DNA of 63,758 bases. Origin: an uncultured Thermodesulfobacteriota bacterium (lineage in GTDB: Bacteria; Desulfobacterota; B13-G15). Location of the stretch: the NCBI GenBank assembly GCA_964448445.1, contig CAYVAU010000001.1, positions 1-63,758 on the forward strand, given 5' to 3'. The position numbers and the translations under genes are program-made. How positions within the stretch are numbered: position 1 is the first letter of the stretch; each line of letters opens with the position of its first letter. The notes under the pieces were generated by a model. It worked only from the letters and a program-made list of their open reading frames with translations. It searched no databases and was not told where the DNA came from. Shown here piece by piece: positions 10,250 through 19,953 of this stretch.

Positions 10250-10462
10250 ATGTCAGAGGGAAGGGTTGCGAGGGTGACCCATATTATAGCCGGATCCCCC
10301 AAAAGCTTTGAGGATGCCATTCAAGTGGGCTTCAAAAGGGCTATAAAGACGCTGAGGGGCATAACGGGCCTGAGGATCCAGGAGCTGCGCGTGGCCGTCA
10401 AGGACGACAAAATCGCCGAGTATCGGGTCAAGATGGAGGTCATCTTCGTCCTGGAGGATTAG
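10250..10462 (+). CDS. dodecin family flavin-binding protein
   Basis: 70 aa. VARVTHIIAGSPKSFEDAIQ...ITGLRIQELRVAVKDDKIAEYRVKMEVIF matches the dodecin pattern. Confidence 0.8.
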   Translation: MSEGRVARVTHIIAGSPKSFEDAIQVGFKRAIKTLRGITGLRIQELRVAVKDDKIAEYRVKMEVIFVLED

Positions 10463-10868
10463 GGGGGTCCTCCCTCCCCACCACCATCATCGTGCCCTTG
10501 CCCTCGGCGGCAACTGTGCCGTCCTCGAACAGTGCAAGGGTCTTAATGAATAGGAGGCCCTTTCTCTTCCCTTCCAATTCCCCCCGGAAGGTGAGCCTCG
10601 ATCCCACCGGTACGGGCCGGCGGTAGCGGACCTCAAGTCTGGCCGTCAGGGCCTTATAGCCGAAATAGCGGGAGGTCCAGCCTAGCAGTTCGTCAAAGAG
10701 CAGGCTGATCACCCCCCCATGCAGATACTTGTTCCAACCCCGGAAGGCCCCATCGGCCTCGAAGTCAAACATCGCTCCCTTCTCCCACCTTTGGACCCGG
10801 ATCTTCAGCCCCCTCGGGTTCTCCGATCCACAGACAAAGCACGTGCCGTCCTTTTCCAATCCTTCCAT
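10440..10868 (-). CDS. PaaI-family hotdog-fold thioesterase
   Basis: N-terminal CFVCGSENPRGLKI and the hotdog core GGVISLLFDE. Confidence 0.8.
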   Translation of the reverse strand: MEGLEKDGTCFVCGSENPRGLKIRVQRWEKGAMFDFEADGAFRGWNKYLHGGVISLLFDELLGWTSRYFGYKALTARLEVRYRRPVPVGSRLTFRGELEGKRKGLLFIKTLALFEDGTVAAEGKGTMMVVGREDPPNPPGRR

Positions 10869-11629
10869 CCGATCTCCTCCAGAAGTCCCTGAAGGACGCA
10901 GAACCCCTTCAGGACCTTATCCTCTTGATGGATCTCAAGGGTCAAGAGGAGGTCACCCTCGGGGAGCTTCTCCAGAATGGAGCGAAAATCCAAGATGCCC
11001 TCGTCTGGGGGCAGGTGTTCGTCCGTGAACCCGTGGTTGTTGTGGATATGGACCTCTGTAAGGGAATCCCTCATGGAACTGATCCATTCTTCCAGAGAAG
11101 CCGAGCTGTACAGGAGTTGGTGGGCTGGATCGAAGCAGAAGCCCACCCTTCCTTGCGTCCCCGACAGGAGCTCGTGCAGGACCTCTGGGGTGTCATCGAA
11201 GACGTTCTCCAAAGATACCCTGAGTCCCATCTGGTGGGCCTTCTCGAAGACCTGCAGCCACAGTTCCTTCGCCCTCTCCATCCACAGATCCAGGTATTCC
11301 CTGTGGACCATCGGTATGTAGCCGGGATGAAAGACGATGTTTAAGGGTTCCAGGATTTCGGACACCCTCAGGGTATCCAGGAATCTTCCGAGGGTTACCC
11401 TCCTCACCTCGGGGTCCATAGCCCCCGGAGAGAGGTCCGTGTAAGGACCGTGGATCGAACAGGTGAGATCTGCTTCCTCAAGGGCCTTCTTTAAGCGGTT
11501 CAGTTCCTCGGGGGTCACGTCCTTCAGGGCTTGGGCATCGAAATATATTTCGGGACAGAGTCCCAGCGACATGACCTCCCCGAGCCTTTCCTTTAGGATC
11601 ACATAGGGTATCGCAAAATGTACCCTCAT
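10805..11629 (-). CDS. sugar phosphate isomerase/epimerase (xylose isomerase-like TIM barrel) family protein
   Basis: AP-endonuclease-2/TIM-barrel pattern (VFHPGY...SLENV...FCFDPAH...VHIHNN). The C-terminal tail overlaps the thioesterase gene by 64 nt. Confidence 0.7.
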   Translation of the reverse strand: MRVHFAIPYVILKERLGEVMSLGLCPEIYFDAQALKDVTPEELNRLKKALEEADLTCSIHGPYTDLSPGAMDPEVRRVTLGRFLDTLRVSEILEPLNIVFHPGYIPMVHREYLDLWMERAKELWLQVFEKAHQMGLRVSLENVFDDTPEVLHELLSGTQGRVGFCFDPAHQLLYSSASLEEWISSMRDSLTEVHIHNNHGFTDEHLPPDEGILDFRSILEKLPEGDLLLTLEIHQEDKVLKGFCVLQGLLEEIGWKDWKRTARALSVDRRTRGG

Positions 11630-12648
11630 TGGACTTCCGAGAACTTCACGGCCCTTTCCAGTTCCTGTAAACCCTCCCTCTCACCGAGCACGATCAGCAC
11701 ATCCCCTTTTTCTATGACCATCTCGGGCGAGGGGTTGTAAAAGGCCTCACCGGTTGCCTTCCTCACGGCCACAACGATCGCCCCGAACTTCTCCCTAAGG
11801 CCCGATTCCTTAAGGGGCCTTCCCGAAAACAGCCTGTCGTCCTCAACCTTTACCTCCTCCATCCTCAACTGCAGGTGGCGCTTCTGCACGGCGAGGTCGA
11901 TGAAATCCACCACGTGGGGCCTGATGAGGGCATTGGCAATCCTCTGGGCCCCCATGAGGTAGGGGGAGACCACGCGGTTTGATCCCGCGGCCAGAAGGTT
12001 CCTTTCGGCCCCTGGGCTTTCGGCCCTCGTGATGATGAAGATGTGGGGATTGAGGTGACGGGCAGAGAGGGTGATGAAGAGGTTATCGGCATCTGAGCCC
12101 ACCGCTGCCACAAGGGCCCTTGCCCGTTCGATTCCGGCCCTCTTCAGGGTCTCATCCTCAGTGGCATCTCCCTCCACAAACAGGTAATCGGTCCCTTCGG
12201 CATCCTTCAGGGCCTCGGGGTCCTTTTCCACGATCACAAAGGGGACCCCTTCCTCCTTCAGGTCTTCGGCCACCGCCCTGCCGATCCTGCCGAAGCCGCA
12301 GAGGATGACGTGATCCTTGAGCCTCCTTATCCTGCTTTCCACCCTCCTTCTGCCAAGATACTCCCTAATCTGGCCTGCCATCAAGGCCTGTACGAAGGTC
12401 GTAGCTATGTAAAAGAAAACGCCGACGCTTACGGAAAGCAACACCATCGTGAAGATCCGCCCCGGCCGCGAGAGCCCGAAGACCTCCCCGTAGCCCGTAG
12501 TGGTTATGCTTATCACGGTCATATAAAGGGCCTGAAAGAAGGTGTAATCCTCAAGGAGCATGTACCCACTCACCCCTGCCCATAGGATCGCCTGAGAGAG
12601 CACAAAGGCCAAAAGCAATTGCCTCAGGAGGTCATCCCTTTGCCTCAA
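11626..12648 (-). CDS. two-TM potassium channel with cytoplasmic RCK/TrkA domains (MthK-like)
   Basis: Selectivity filter [10 protein letters not shown], Rossmann-type [13 protein letters not shown], and a TrkA-C-like C-terminus. TTG start overlaps the sigma gene stop (TTGA). Confidence 0.85.
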   Translation of the reverse strand: MRQRDDLLRQLLLAFVLSQAILWAGVSGYMLLEDYTFFQALYMTVISITTTGYGEVFGLSRPGRIFTMVLLSVSVGVFFYIATTFVQALMAGQIREYLGRRRVESRIRRLKDHVILCGFGRIGRAVAEDLKEEGVPFVIVEKDPEALKDAEGTDYLFVEGDATEDETLKRAGIERARALVAAVGSDADNLFITLSARHLNPHIFIITRAESPGAERNLLAAGSNRVVSPYLMGAQRIANALIRPHVVDFIDLAVQKRHLQLRMEEVKVEDDRLFSGRPLKESGLREKFGAIVVAVRKATGEAFYNPSPEMVIEKGDVLIVLGEREGLQELERAVKFSEVQ

Positions 12649-13622
12649 TTCCGCCGCCTCTTCTTCGGCCTTATCTCCTCAAAGAGGATGAGGTCCTTGG
12701 TCCGTATCAAGGACCTCAGACGCTCCAAGGCCTCCAGTTCGATCTGCCTTATCCTCTCCCTCGTCACCCCGTATATTTTGCCTATGGCCTCAAGGGTCCT
12801 GGGTTCACCGTCCTTCAAGCCAAACCGTAGTTCTATCACACGGCGCTGCTGGGGTGAGAGGACCTTGAGCCAGGAATGGAGCAATTTCACCAGCTCTAAG
12901 TGTTCGGTGAGGGAGAAGGGGCTCCTGGTCTCGGACCGCAGGGTGTCCTTGAGGGAGAAGCCCTCCCCCTCCTCTTGGGCGAAAGGGGCCTCAATGGAAC
13001 TCACCTTCAGGACCGCCTGCATGAGCCTCTGCACCTCCTCGGTGCCCATGCCCGTTTCTTGGGCGACCTCCTGGAGGGTGGGTTCCCTCTGCAGCTTCTG
13101 GCTCAGGTTCCTTATGACCTTTATGAGTCGCCTGAGGTCTCCTGAGACGTGACTCGGGAGCCTCACGGCCTTGCTCTGGTTGACGATGGCCCTCTCCATG
13201 GCCTGGCGGATCCAGAGGGTCGCATAGGTCGAAAACCGACATCCCTTATCGGGATCGAACTTCTCCACCGCCTTTATGAGGCCGATGTTTCCCTCCTCGA
13301 TGAGGTCAAGCAGCGGCAGCCCCTGCCCCACATACCTTTTGGCGATGTTGAGCACAAGGCGCAGGTTCCCCTCGATCATCTTGCGCCTCGCTTCTTCATC
13401 TCCCTTGGCAGCCCTGCGGGCGAGTTCCCTCTCCTCTTCAGGGGTGAGAAGAGGGTGCTTGCGGACCTGCTCCAGGTAGAGCTTCAGGATGAAGTCATCG
13501 TCCCGAGGAACCTCATCGGATTCAGCGGCTTCGGTCCCTTGCGTATCTCGAAATGGAGGTGTGCCCCCTTCGCGTTTCCCGACCTTCCCACCTTCGCTAT
13601 TATCTCTCCCCTTTCTACCCAC
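12645..13622 (-). CDS. rpoS: group-2 sigma-70 family RNA polymerase sigma factor (RpoS-like)
   Basis: Regions 1.2-4 are present: [89 protein letters not shown]. It lies directly downstream of an NlpD-like gene. The only canonical start is GTG at 13622. Confidence 0.8.
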   Translation of the reverse strand: MGRKGRDNSEGGKVGKREGGTPPFRDTQGTEAAESDEVPRDDDFILKLYLEQVRKHPLLTPEEERELARRAAKGDEEARRKMIEGNLRLVLNIAKRYVGQGLPLLDLIEEGNIGLIKAVEKFDPDKGCRFSTYATLWIRQAMERAIVNQSKAVRLPSHVSGDLRRLIKVIRNLSQKLQREPTLQEVAQETGMGTEEVQRLMQAVLKVSSIEAPFAQEEGEGFSLKDTLRSETRSPFSLTEHLELVKLLHSWLKVLSPQQRRVIELRFGLKDGEPRTLEAIGKIYGVTRERIRQIELEALERLRSLIRTKDLILFEEIRPKKRRRN

Positions 13623-14155
13623 TGTCCCTCCTTTACGAGGTTTATGAGGTTGTGGGCGTAAATGGTGTAATAGCCTCCCCGATGCTCCAGGATGATCACC
13701 TTACCGTATCCGCGCAGCTCCCCGCTGTATGCCACCCTGCCTGAGGCTGCAGCCCTTATGGGTGTCCCAAGGGGGGCGGAAATGTCGATCCCGTCATGGC
13801 GCCTTTGGGAATCGGAGGAAAACCCCCGGGTTATCCTCCCTTTAAGGGGCCATGAGAACTCGGGGGCCTTCTGCTTCCCCTTCCTTTCGGGTGTGAGGTC
13901 CTCAAGGGGGATCTTCACCCGCAGGACCCTTTTGGCCCCGGGGATGAAGATCTTTTGGCCGACCCGGATCCTTGATGGGTCCCTTATGCCGTTGATCCTG
14001 GCCACATATTCCATATCCACCCCGTAGGTCTTACAGATCCTCCACAGGGTTTCACGGGGTTTGACCACGTGATAAACACCTCCTTTCACCCTTATGGGCT
14101 TTGGAGCACAGCAAAAAAGCAGCAAGCCCAAGAGGGCCAAGGCCAAAGGCCTCAT
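13484..14155 (-). CDS. nlpD: LysM-domain M23 family peptidase (NlpD-like)
   Basis: Signal sequence [18 protein letters not shown], a LysM domain ([19 protein letters not shown]...VGQKIFIP), and an M23 domain (HDGIDI...GAHLHFEIR). Confidence 0.85.
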   Translation of the reverse strand: MRPLALALLGLLLFCCAPKPIRVKGGVYHVVKPRETLWRICKTYGVDMEYVARINGIRDPSRIRVGQKIFIPGAKRVLRVKIPLEDLTPERKGKQKAPEFSWPLKGRITRGFSSDSQRRHDGIDISAPLGTPIRAAASGRVAYSGELRGYGKVIILEHRGGYYTIYAHNLINLVKEGQWVERGEIIAKVGRSGNAKGAHLHFEIRKGPKPLNPMRFLGTMTSS

Positions 14156-14613
14156 CTCCCTCCTAAAAGTTCCAGCAGCACCCTGACCGCCTCCTGGGGT
14201 TCTTTCGCCTCGATCAGGGAACCGTCGGGGGAGAAGCTCCGCAGTGACACCACCGGTTTTCCCACCTTCAGGGCTATGGCGATCTCAGAAAGGGTCCCCC
14301 ATCCCCCGGACACGGCAATGAGGCCCTCGGAGGTGTGAACAATTATGACGTTTCTGGCCTCACCCATCCCCGTGGCAATGGCTATGTCCACCCAGGGATT
14401 GGCATCCTGGACCCTGCCAGACGGCAATATCCCCACCGTTAGTCCTCCCACCTCCTTTGCCCCCCGACAGGCCGCTTCCATCACCCCTCCGAGGCCCCCG
14501 CAGACCAGGACGTGTCCGCGCCTGCCGATTTCCCTCCCTACCTCCCTGGCCAACTCGTAAATTTCCGGGGAGCAACTCCCCGCCCCTATCACCCCTATCT
14601 GCCTCCTTGCCAT
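14152..14613 (-). CDS. TIGR00725-family LOG/SLOG-like protein
   Basis: IGVIGAGSCSPE...VLVCGGLGGVMEAACRGAKEVGGLTVGILP...SGGWGTLSEIA. Confidence 0.8.
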   Translation of the reverse strand: MARRQIGVIGAGSCSPEIYELAREVGREIGRRGHVLVCGGLGGVMEAACRGAKEVGGLTVGILPSGRVQDANPWVDIAIATGMGEARNVIIVHTSEGLIAVSGGWGTLSEIAIALKVGKPVVSLRSFSPDGSLIEAKEPQEAVRVLLELLGGR

Positions 14614-15251
14614 CCTTCCTCCCCCAGGAGTTTGACGAACTTGCAGGGACCGAGGTCCTCCTGCCGGATGGAGTCCCCAAGGCGGGTGATTCTCAGAAGC
14701 CTCTGTTCCCCTTCCCTGCCGATGGGCAGCACAATCTTCCCCCCCACTGCAAGCTGATCGAGGAGGGCAGGGGGGATCCTCGGCGCATAGGCGGTGACCA
14801 GGATCCTGTCAAAGGGGGCCTCCTCGGGCCAACCCCTGCTGCCGTCTCCTACCCTGATCAGGACCCAGCCGTAGCCGAGGCGATCCAAGAGCTTCCTGGC
14901 CCTTCGGGCCAGCTCGGGGATCCTCTCGATGGAGAAGACCCTCTGGGAGAGCTCGGCGAGGATGGCGGTCTGATAGCCCGAACCGGTCCCCACCTCCAGG
15001 ATCTTCTCCCCTCCCCGAAGCTCCAAGGCCTCGGTCATAAGGGCCACGGTGTAGGGCTGGGAGATCGTCTGGCCGAAGCCAATGGGGAGGGGGGCATCAA
15101 GATAGGCCTTGTGCCTCAGGACCTCTGGGACAAACAGGTGCCTGGGGACCCTGGTCATCGCCTCGATCACCCTGGGATCGCGGATGCCCCTTGAAAGGAG
15201 TTGTTCCTGCACCATCCGCCTGAGGGATCTGGACATCAGTTCCCTTTCCAT
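14595..15251 (-). CDS. pcm: protein-L-isoaspartate O-methyltransferase
   Basis: GQTISQPYTVALMTE, the SAM motif ILEVGTGSGYQTA, and VTAYAP. Confidence 0.9.
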   Translation of the reverse strand: MERELMSRSLRRMVQEQLLSRGIRDPRVIEAMTRVPRHLFVPEVLRHKAYLDAPLPIGFGQTISQPYTVALMTEALELRGGEKILEVGTGSGYQTAILAELSQRVFSIERIPELARRARKLLDRLGYGWVLIRVGDGSRGWPEEAPFDRILVTAYAPRIPPALLDQLAVGGKIVLPIGREGEQRLLRITRLGDSIRQEDLGPCKFVKLLGEEGWQGGR

Positions 15252-17779
15252 CGGTAGATCAGCTCCAAGGCCTGAAGGGGTGTCAGCCGATCGGGATCTA
15301 TCTCCTCAAGTTCCCTGAGGACCGGTGAAGCCCTTTCGGAGAAAAGGGTGAGCTGCAGTGGATCTCCTTTCCCAAATCCCCCGATCCTGGTATCCCTCTC
15401 CAGCTTCACCAGAACTTCCCTTGCCCTCCGGATGACCTCCTGGGGGAGACCAGCCAGCTTCGCCACCTGGATCCCATAGCTTTTGTTGATCGCCCCCGGC
15501 TTCAGTTCCCGCAAAAAGACCACATCGCCCCTGTATTCCTTCACGGCAATGTGATAGACCCGGACCCTGGGGAGAAAAGAGCCCAGTTCGGTCAACTCAT
15601 GGTAGTGGGTGGCAAAGAGGACCTTGCAGCGGTTGACGTTGTGCAGGTGTTCGGCAACGGCCCACGCGATGGCCAAACCGTCGAAGGTGCTCGTCCCCCG
15701 TCCTATCTCGTCCAGGATCACCAGGCTCTTGGTGGTTGCCTCCCGCAGGATGGAGGCCGTCTCCTTCATTTCCACCATGAAGGTGCTCTGTCCGCGGGAG
15801 ATGTCATCCGAGGCCCCAATCCTGGTGAAGATCCGATCGACGAGGCCTATTTTGGCCTCCTTGGCCGGGACAAAGGAGCCCATCTGGGCCATGATCACGA
15901 TAAGGGCCACCTGGCGGATGTAAGTGGATTTGCCGGCCATATTGGGACCTGTGATGATAAGGATCTGATTCCTTTCCAGATCGAGCCTCGTGTCGTTGGG
16001 GACGAAGGGCTCTGGAGAAGTCTGTTCTATGACCGGATGGCGCCCCTCCCTTATCAGGATCTCATCGCCCTCATCCACCGAGGGCCTCACGTAGTGGTTC
16101 TTTGAGGCCACCTCTGAAAGGGAGAGCAGGCAATCCAGGGTGGCCAGATGATCGGCGATCCGCTGAAGTTGCCTGATGTCGGAGGCCGCCCTTGAGCGAA
16201 GTTCCGAAAAGAGCTCATACTCCAAGGCCTTGATCCTTTCCTCCGCCCCCAAGACCTTGTTCTCGTACTCCTTCAATTCGGGGGTGATGAACCTCTCGGC
16301 CCCTACAAGGGTCTGTTTGCGGATATAATCGGGCGGGACCAGGTGCAGATTGGCCTTGGTCACCTCTATGTAATAGCCGAAGACCTGGTTGTATCCGACC
16401 TTGAGGTTCGGGATCCCGGTGCGCTCTCGTTCCCGGGCCTCAAGCTTGGCAATGAAATCCCTGCCCTGCCGGCTCAGGGAGCGCAACTCGTCAAGCTCCC
16501 GATGGTAACCCTCGCGGATTATCCCCCCTTCTGTGGCCACCGAAGGGGGATCATCCACCAGGGCCCGCTGAAGTAGCTCCAGAAGGCCCTCGGGGATTAC
16601 AAGCCCTTGGGATATCTCGTTCAAAAGGGGGGCCTTAAACCCCGAGAGCATCTCCCTTATCTGGGGGAGCCGTTCCAAGGCCTCCCGTAAGGCACCCAGA
16701 TCCCTGGGGGTGGCGCGATTGAGGGCCAGACGGGCTGAGAGCCTCTCCAGGTCCAGGAGGCCTCTTAAGGCCCCGCGAATCCTCTCCCTCTCGATGGGAC
16801 GGTCCTTGAGTTCACCCACCGCATCCTGCCTCCTGATGATGGCTCCAACATCCCTCAGGGGGTAACTCAGCCACTGCCTGAGCCTCCTGCGACCCATAGA
16901 GGTGACCGTCTGGTCAAGGACCGAAAAGAGGGTTATACCCCCCCTCGGGGATGAAAAAAGCTCCAGGTTCCGTTGGGCGGTTTCATCCAGCACCAGGAAA
17001 CTCTCGACCCTGTAGGGCTCAAGGGGATGGATATGGGAGGGGTTGCCCCTTTGGGTGACCCTTACATAACGCAGGACAGCTGCCGCTGCAGAAAGGAGTT
17101 CCTGGGGGAGATCCCCGTCAAGCAGTGGATCTTCAAAGGGGATAAAGTCCCCCTCGGGGAGGACATTGACGAGGCTCCCCAGCTCCCGCTGCAATTGTCG
17201 TCCCAAATCCTCTTCCCCTTCAGGTAGCAGGACCTCCCTGGGGGAGTTCCTCTTGAGCTCTGACCAGAGGATGCCTCGATCCTCAAGTACACACCCCCTG
17301 AATTCCCCGGTCGAAAGGTCGAACAACGAAAGGCCAAAGCGCTCCCCTTTAGGATAAAGGGCCAAAAGGTAGTTGTTCCTGCCCTCGGGTATCCCCTCCT
17401 CATCTACCACCATCCCAGGCGTTATGATCTGGACCACCTCCCTGCGGACAAGTCCCTTCGCCTCCTTGGGGTCCTCCACCTGTTCACAGAGGGCGACCTT
17501 GTAGCCGTGCTCCAAGAGCTTGGCAATATATGGGGTTGCCGCCTTACAGGGGACCCCACACATGGGAATGGGGTCCTCCTTGCCCTTATCCCTCGTGGTC
17601 AGGGCTATTTCCAGGATGCGGGAAGCCACAAGGGCGTCATCGAAGAACATCTCGTAGAAATCGCCCATGCGGAAAAAGAGGATGCAATCGGGGTGACGGG
17701 CCTTGATCTCCAGATATTGCTTCATCGCAGGGGTTAGTCCCCCCTGCCCCCTGTCCCTTTTGAGCGTTCCAAGGCCCAT
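15236..17779 (-). CDS. mutS: DNA mismatch repair protein MutS
   Basis: TPAMKQYLEIKARHPD at the N-terminus, Walker A ITGPNMAGKSTY, and DEIGRGTSTFDG. The track ORF extends to 17884, but ATG at 17779 (MGLGTLKRD...) fits the family N-terminus better. Confidence 0.9.
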   Translation of the reverse strand: MGLGTLKRDRGQGGLTPAMKQYLEIKARHPDCILFFRMGDFYEMFFDDALVASRILEIALTTRDKGKEDPIPMCGVPCKAATPYIAKLLEHGYKVALCEQVEDPKEAKGLVRREVVQIITPGMVVDEEGIPEGRNNYLLALYPKGERFGLSLFDLSTGEFRGCVLEDRGILWSELKRNSPREVLLPEGEEDLGRQLQRELGSLVNVLPEGDFIPFEDPLLDGDLPQELLSAAAAVLRYVRVTQRGNPSHIHPLEPYRVESFLVLDETAQRNLELFSSPRGGITLFSVLDQTVTSMGRRRLRQWLSYPLRDVGAIIRRQDAVGELKDRPIERERIRGALRGLLDLERLSARLALNRATPRDLGALREALERLPQIREMLSGFKAPLLNEISQGLVIPEGLLELLQRALVDDPPSVATEGGIIREGYHRELDELRSLSRQGRDFIAKLEARERERTGIPNLKVGYNQVFGYYIEVTKANLHLVPPDYIRKQTLVGAERFITPELKEYENKVLGAEERIKALEYELFSELRSRAASDIRQLQRIADHLATLDCLLSLSEVASKNHYVRPSVDEGDEILIREGRHPVIEQTSPEPFVPNDTRLDLERNQILIITGPNMAGKSTYIRQVALIVIMAQMGSFVPAKEAKIGLVDRIFTRIGASDDISRGQSTFMVEMKETASILREATTKSLVILDEIGRGTSTFDGLAIAWAVAEHLHNVNRCKVLFATHYHELTELGSFLPRVRVYHIAVKEYRGDVVFLRELKPGAINKSYGIQVAKLAGLPQEVIRRAREVLVKLERDTRIGGFGKGDPLQLTLFSERASPVLRELEEIDPDRLTPLQALELIYRWKGN

Positions 17780-17855
17780 AGAGGGAAACCAAAGGCAATG
17801 TATCATAGCCCCCGAGAACTTGGCAAACTCGGACCTTTCGGATAAAAACCTAAGG

Positions 17856-19319
17856 GTGAACAGAGAGAGGCTTTTCTGGCTCATCCTAGCAGGGGTATTC
17901 CTCTGGCAGCTCCTCTACGTGAGGATTACCCCATACGATCTCGCCCCAGATGAGGCCTATTATTGGACCTGGTCCAAGAGGCTTGCTTGGGGTTACTACA
18001 GCAAACCACCCATGGTGGCCTTCATCATCTGGATCACCACCGCCCTTGGAGGGGATACCCCCTTTTTCGTCAGACTCGGTGCCCCAATCCTCTGGGCCCT
18101 AGCCAATGGGACCTTTTTCTATCTGGCGAGGTGGATCTTTGGGACGGAGACGGCTTTTTGGGCGTTTTTGCTCTCGGTGGCAACCCTTTCCACCCCGGTC
18201 ATGGGGCTCATAATGACCATCGATCCCCCCCTGCTTTTCTTCTGGACCCTGACGATGTTCCTTTTGTGGGGAGCCCTGAAGGGGAAGTGTTCCTTTTGGT
18301 ACCTGGGGGGGCTTGCCTTCGGCATGGGGCTTTTGAGCAAATACAGCATGGCGGTCCTCCCCCTCGGGGTGCTTCTGTATCTGATCTTCACCCCATCGGA
18401 GAGATACTGGCTCAGACGGAAGGAGCCCTACCTTTGCGCCATCGTTGGTCTTTTGGTGTTTTTGCCCCACCTGCTCTGGGAGTGGAGGCATGGCCTTGTC
18501 GCCTTCCAACACACCGCCTCACTCCTGAAGAAGGGCGAGGGGTTCGGTTTCGGGTATCTGCTGGAGTTTCTGGGAGGGCAGGCCCTCCTGGTGACCCCTG
18601 TGACCTTCCTGCTGTTCCTCTGGGGGCTTTACCGGGGGGCAAAAGGGGCGATAGAAGGGGATCCCCGCTATGCCTACCCTTTCTGGCCCACAGCGGTCAT
18701 CTTCGGGATCTGTGTGGCCGTGAGCCTCACGGGACCCTGTTATGCCAACTGGGGGGCACCAGCCTACATAGGGGGGTTGATGCTTGCTGCGGCCTCCTTA
18801 AAGGAGGCCCCCTGGCCGCAGAAGAGGAAGTGGAAGGTCCTGGCCCTGGCCCTTTCGGTGGGGGGGATCATGATCCTTCTCAGCTACAACCTCGAGCCCC
18901 TGCGGAGGCTGTCCCCCATTTCCCAGGAGGACTTCCCGACATCCAGGGTCATGGGCTGGAGGGAGTTGGGGAGGGAGGTGGCCGCCTTGAGGGAGTCCAT
19001 GGAGGAGAGGCCCTTTGTCATCACCCCTGACAGGAGGATCGCCTCTGAGGTTGCCTTCTACGGGGGGGTCTTCCCCAGGGTGTATCAGTACAACCGCAAA
19101 TTGATCCCCCAGAGCCAATTCCACCTCTGGGGAGGGCTCAAGGGAGAAAGGGGAGAGGATGCCCTCTTGATCCTGAAGAGGGGAAGTGGCGTCCCGGAGG
19201 GATTGAGCCAAAGCTTTGAATCCTGTCGGTGGGTAAAGGATGTGGTTGTCAAACGCAAAGGATATTACATCAGGGGCTTTTCCCTTTACCTCTGCCGGGA
19301 TTTCAGGGGATTGGATTGA
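17856..19319 (+). CDS. glycosyltransferase family 39 (ArnT/PMT-like) membrane protein
   Basis: DEAYYWTWSKRLAWGYYSKPPMVAF plus many TM segments. The track ORF starts at 17703; GTG at 17856, preceded by TAAGG, avoids overlap with the mutS 5' region. Confidence 0.75.
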   Translation: MNRERLFWLILAGVFLWQLLYVRITPYDLAPDEAYYWTWSKRLAWGYYSKPPMVAFIIWITTALGGDTPFFVRLGAPILWALANGTFFYLARWIFGTETAFWAFLLSVATLSTPVMGLIMTIDPPLLFFWTLTMFLLWGALKGKCSFWYLGGLAFGMGLLSKYSMAVLPLGVLLYLIFTPSERYWLRRKEPYLCAIVGLLVFLPHLLWEWRHGLVAFQHTASLLKKGEGFGFGYLLEFLGGQALLVTPVTFLLFLWGLYRGAKGAIEGDPRYAYPFWPTAVIFGICVAVSLTGPCYANWGAPAYIGGLMLAAASLKEAPWPQKRKWKVLALALSVGGIMILLSYNLEPLRRLSPISQEDFPTSRVMGWRELGREVAALRESMEERPFVITPDRRIASEVAFYGGVFPRVYQYNRKLIPQSQFHLWGGLKGERGEDALLILKRGSGVPEGLSQSFESCRWVKDVVVKRKGYYIRGFSLYLCRDFRGLD

Positions 19320-19953
19320 GGTATAGGTGTTTCTCCAGGATGTACTCCCTGACCGGATCGGGCACCAGATAGCGGATGGACTGCCCCCTTTTGATGAGAT
19401 TGCGGATCAGGGTCGCCGATACCCTTATGGGGGTGACAGGGAGCAACAGAAGGGGGGTTCCCCTTCGGGTTTCAAACCTCCCCTCGCCCCTTTCGCGATA
19501 TCCGAGGGTCTTAAGAAAGGGGGTTAGATCTGCTTCTGTCCTCCTCATGACGATGAAGGGGCAGAGTTCCAGAAGCTGCTGCCAATCCTTCCACGTCTGG
19601 ATCCCCCTGAAGGAATCCTCTCCCACTATGAAGTAGCACTCGGCTTGTAGTTTCCTGGAGAGTTCCCTCACGGTGTCTATGGAATAGGAGAGCCCCTCCC
19701 TTCTGAGTTCCACATCGCAGGCTTCAAAGTGGGGGTTTCCCCCAAGGGCCCTCCTCAGCATCTCCCACCTGTCCTCTGCAGGGGCATGGGCCACTCCCCC
19801 CTTATGGGGTGGACGGGCAGAGAGCACAAATAACACCCTCTTTAGCCCCAGGGCCTCCCTCACCTCCTCGGCTGCCCTCAGGTGTCCCACGTGGATCGGA
19901 TCGAAGGTCCCGCCGAAGATCCCTATCTTAGGTGCGGATCTGGCCATCCCCAT
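19303..19953 (-). CDS. nadD: nicotinate-nucleotide adenylyltransferase
   Basis: [16 protein letters not shown] and SATLIR motifs. Confidence 0.9.
   Translation of the reverse strand: MGMARSAPKIGIFGGTFDPIHVGHLRAAEEVREALGLKRVLFVLSARPPHKGGVAHAPAEDRWEMLRRALGGNPHFEACDVELRREGLSYSIDTVRELSRKLQAECYFIVGEDSFRGIQTWKDWQQLLELCPFIVMRRTEADLTPFLKTLGYRERGEGRFETRRGTPLLLLPVTPIRVSATLIRNLIKRGQSIRYLVPDPVREYILEKHLYLNPIP

Noticed and set aside
17820-17848. A TTGGCA-17-TAAAAA promoter-like element upstream of the GT39 gene.
   Set aside because: It would place the transcription start at the proposed GTG start (17856) and exclude the TAAGG ribosome-binding site. A leaderless GTG start is unlikely, so either the promoter guess or the start assignment is wrong. 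It is too uncertain to report as a feature.
17963-19030. 355-aa same-strand alternative-frame ORF inside the GT39 gene. Similar cases are 36949..37629 inside nfeD and 42261..42995 inside the APH-like kinase gene.
   Set aside because: Their composition is G/P/R-rich, as expected from frame-shifted reading of GC-rich codons. The primary frames carry the conserved motifs. There is no evidence for dual coding.
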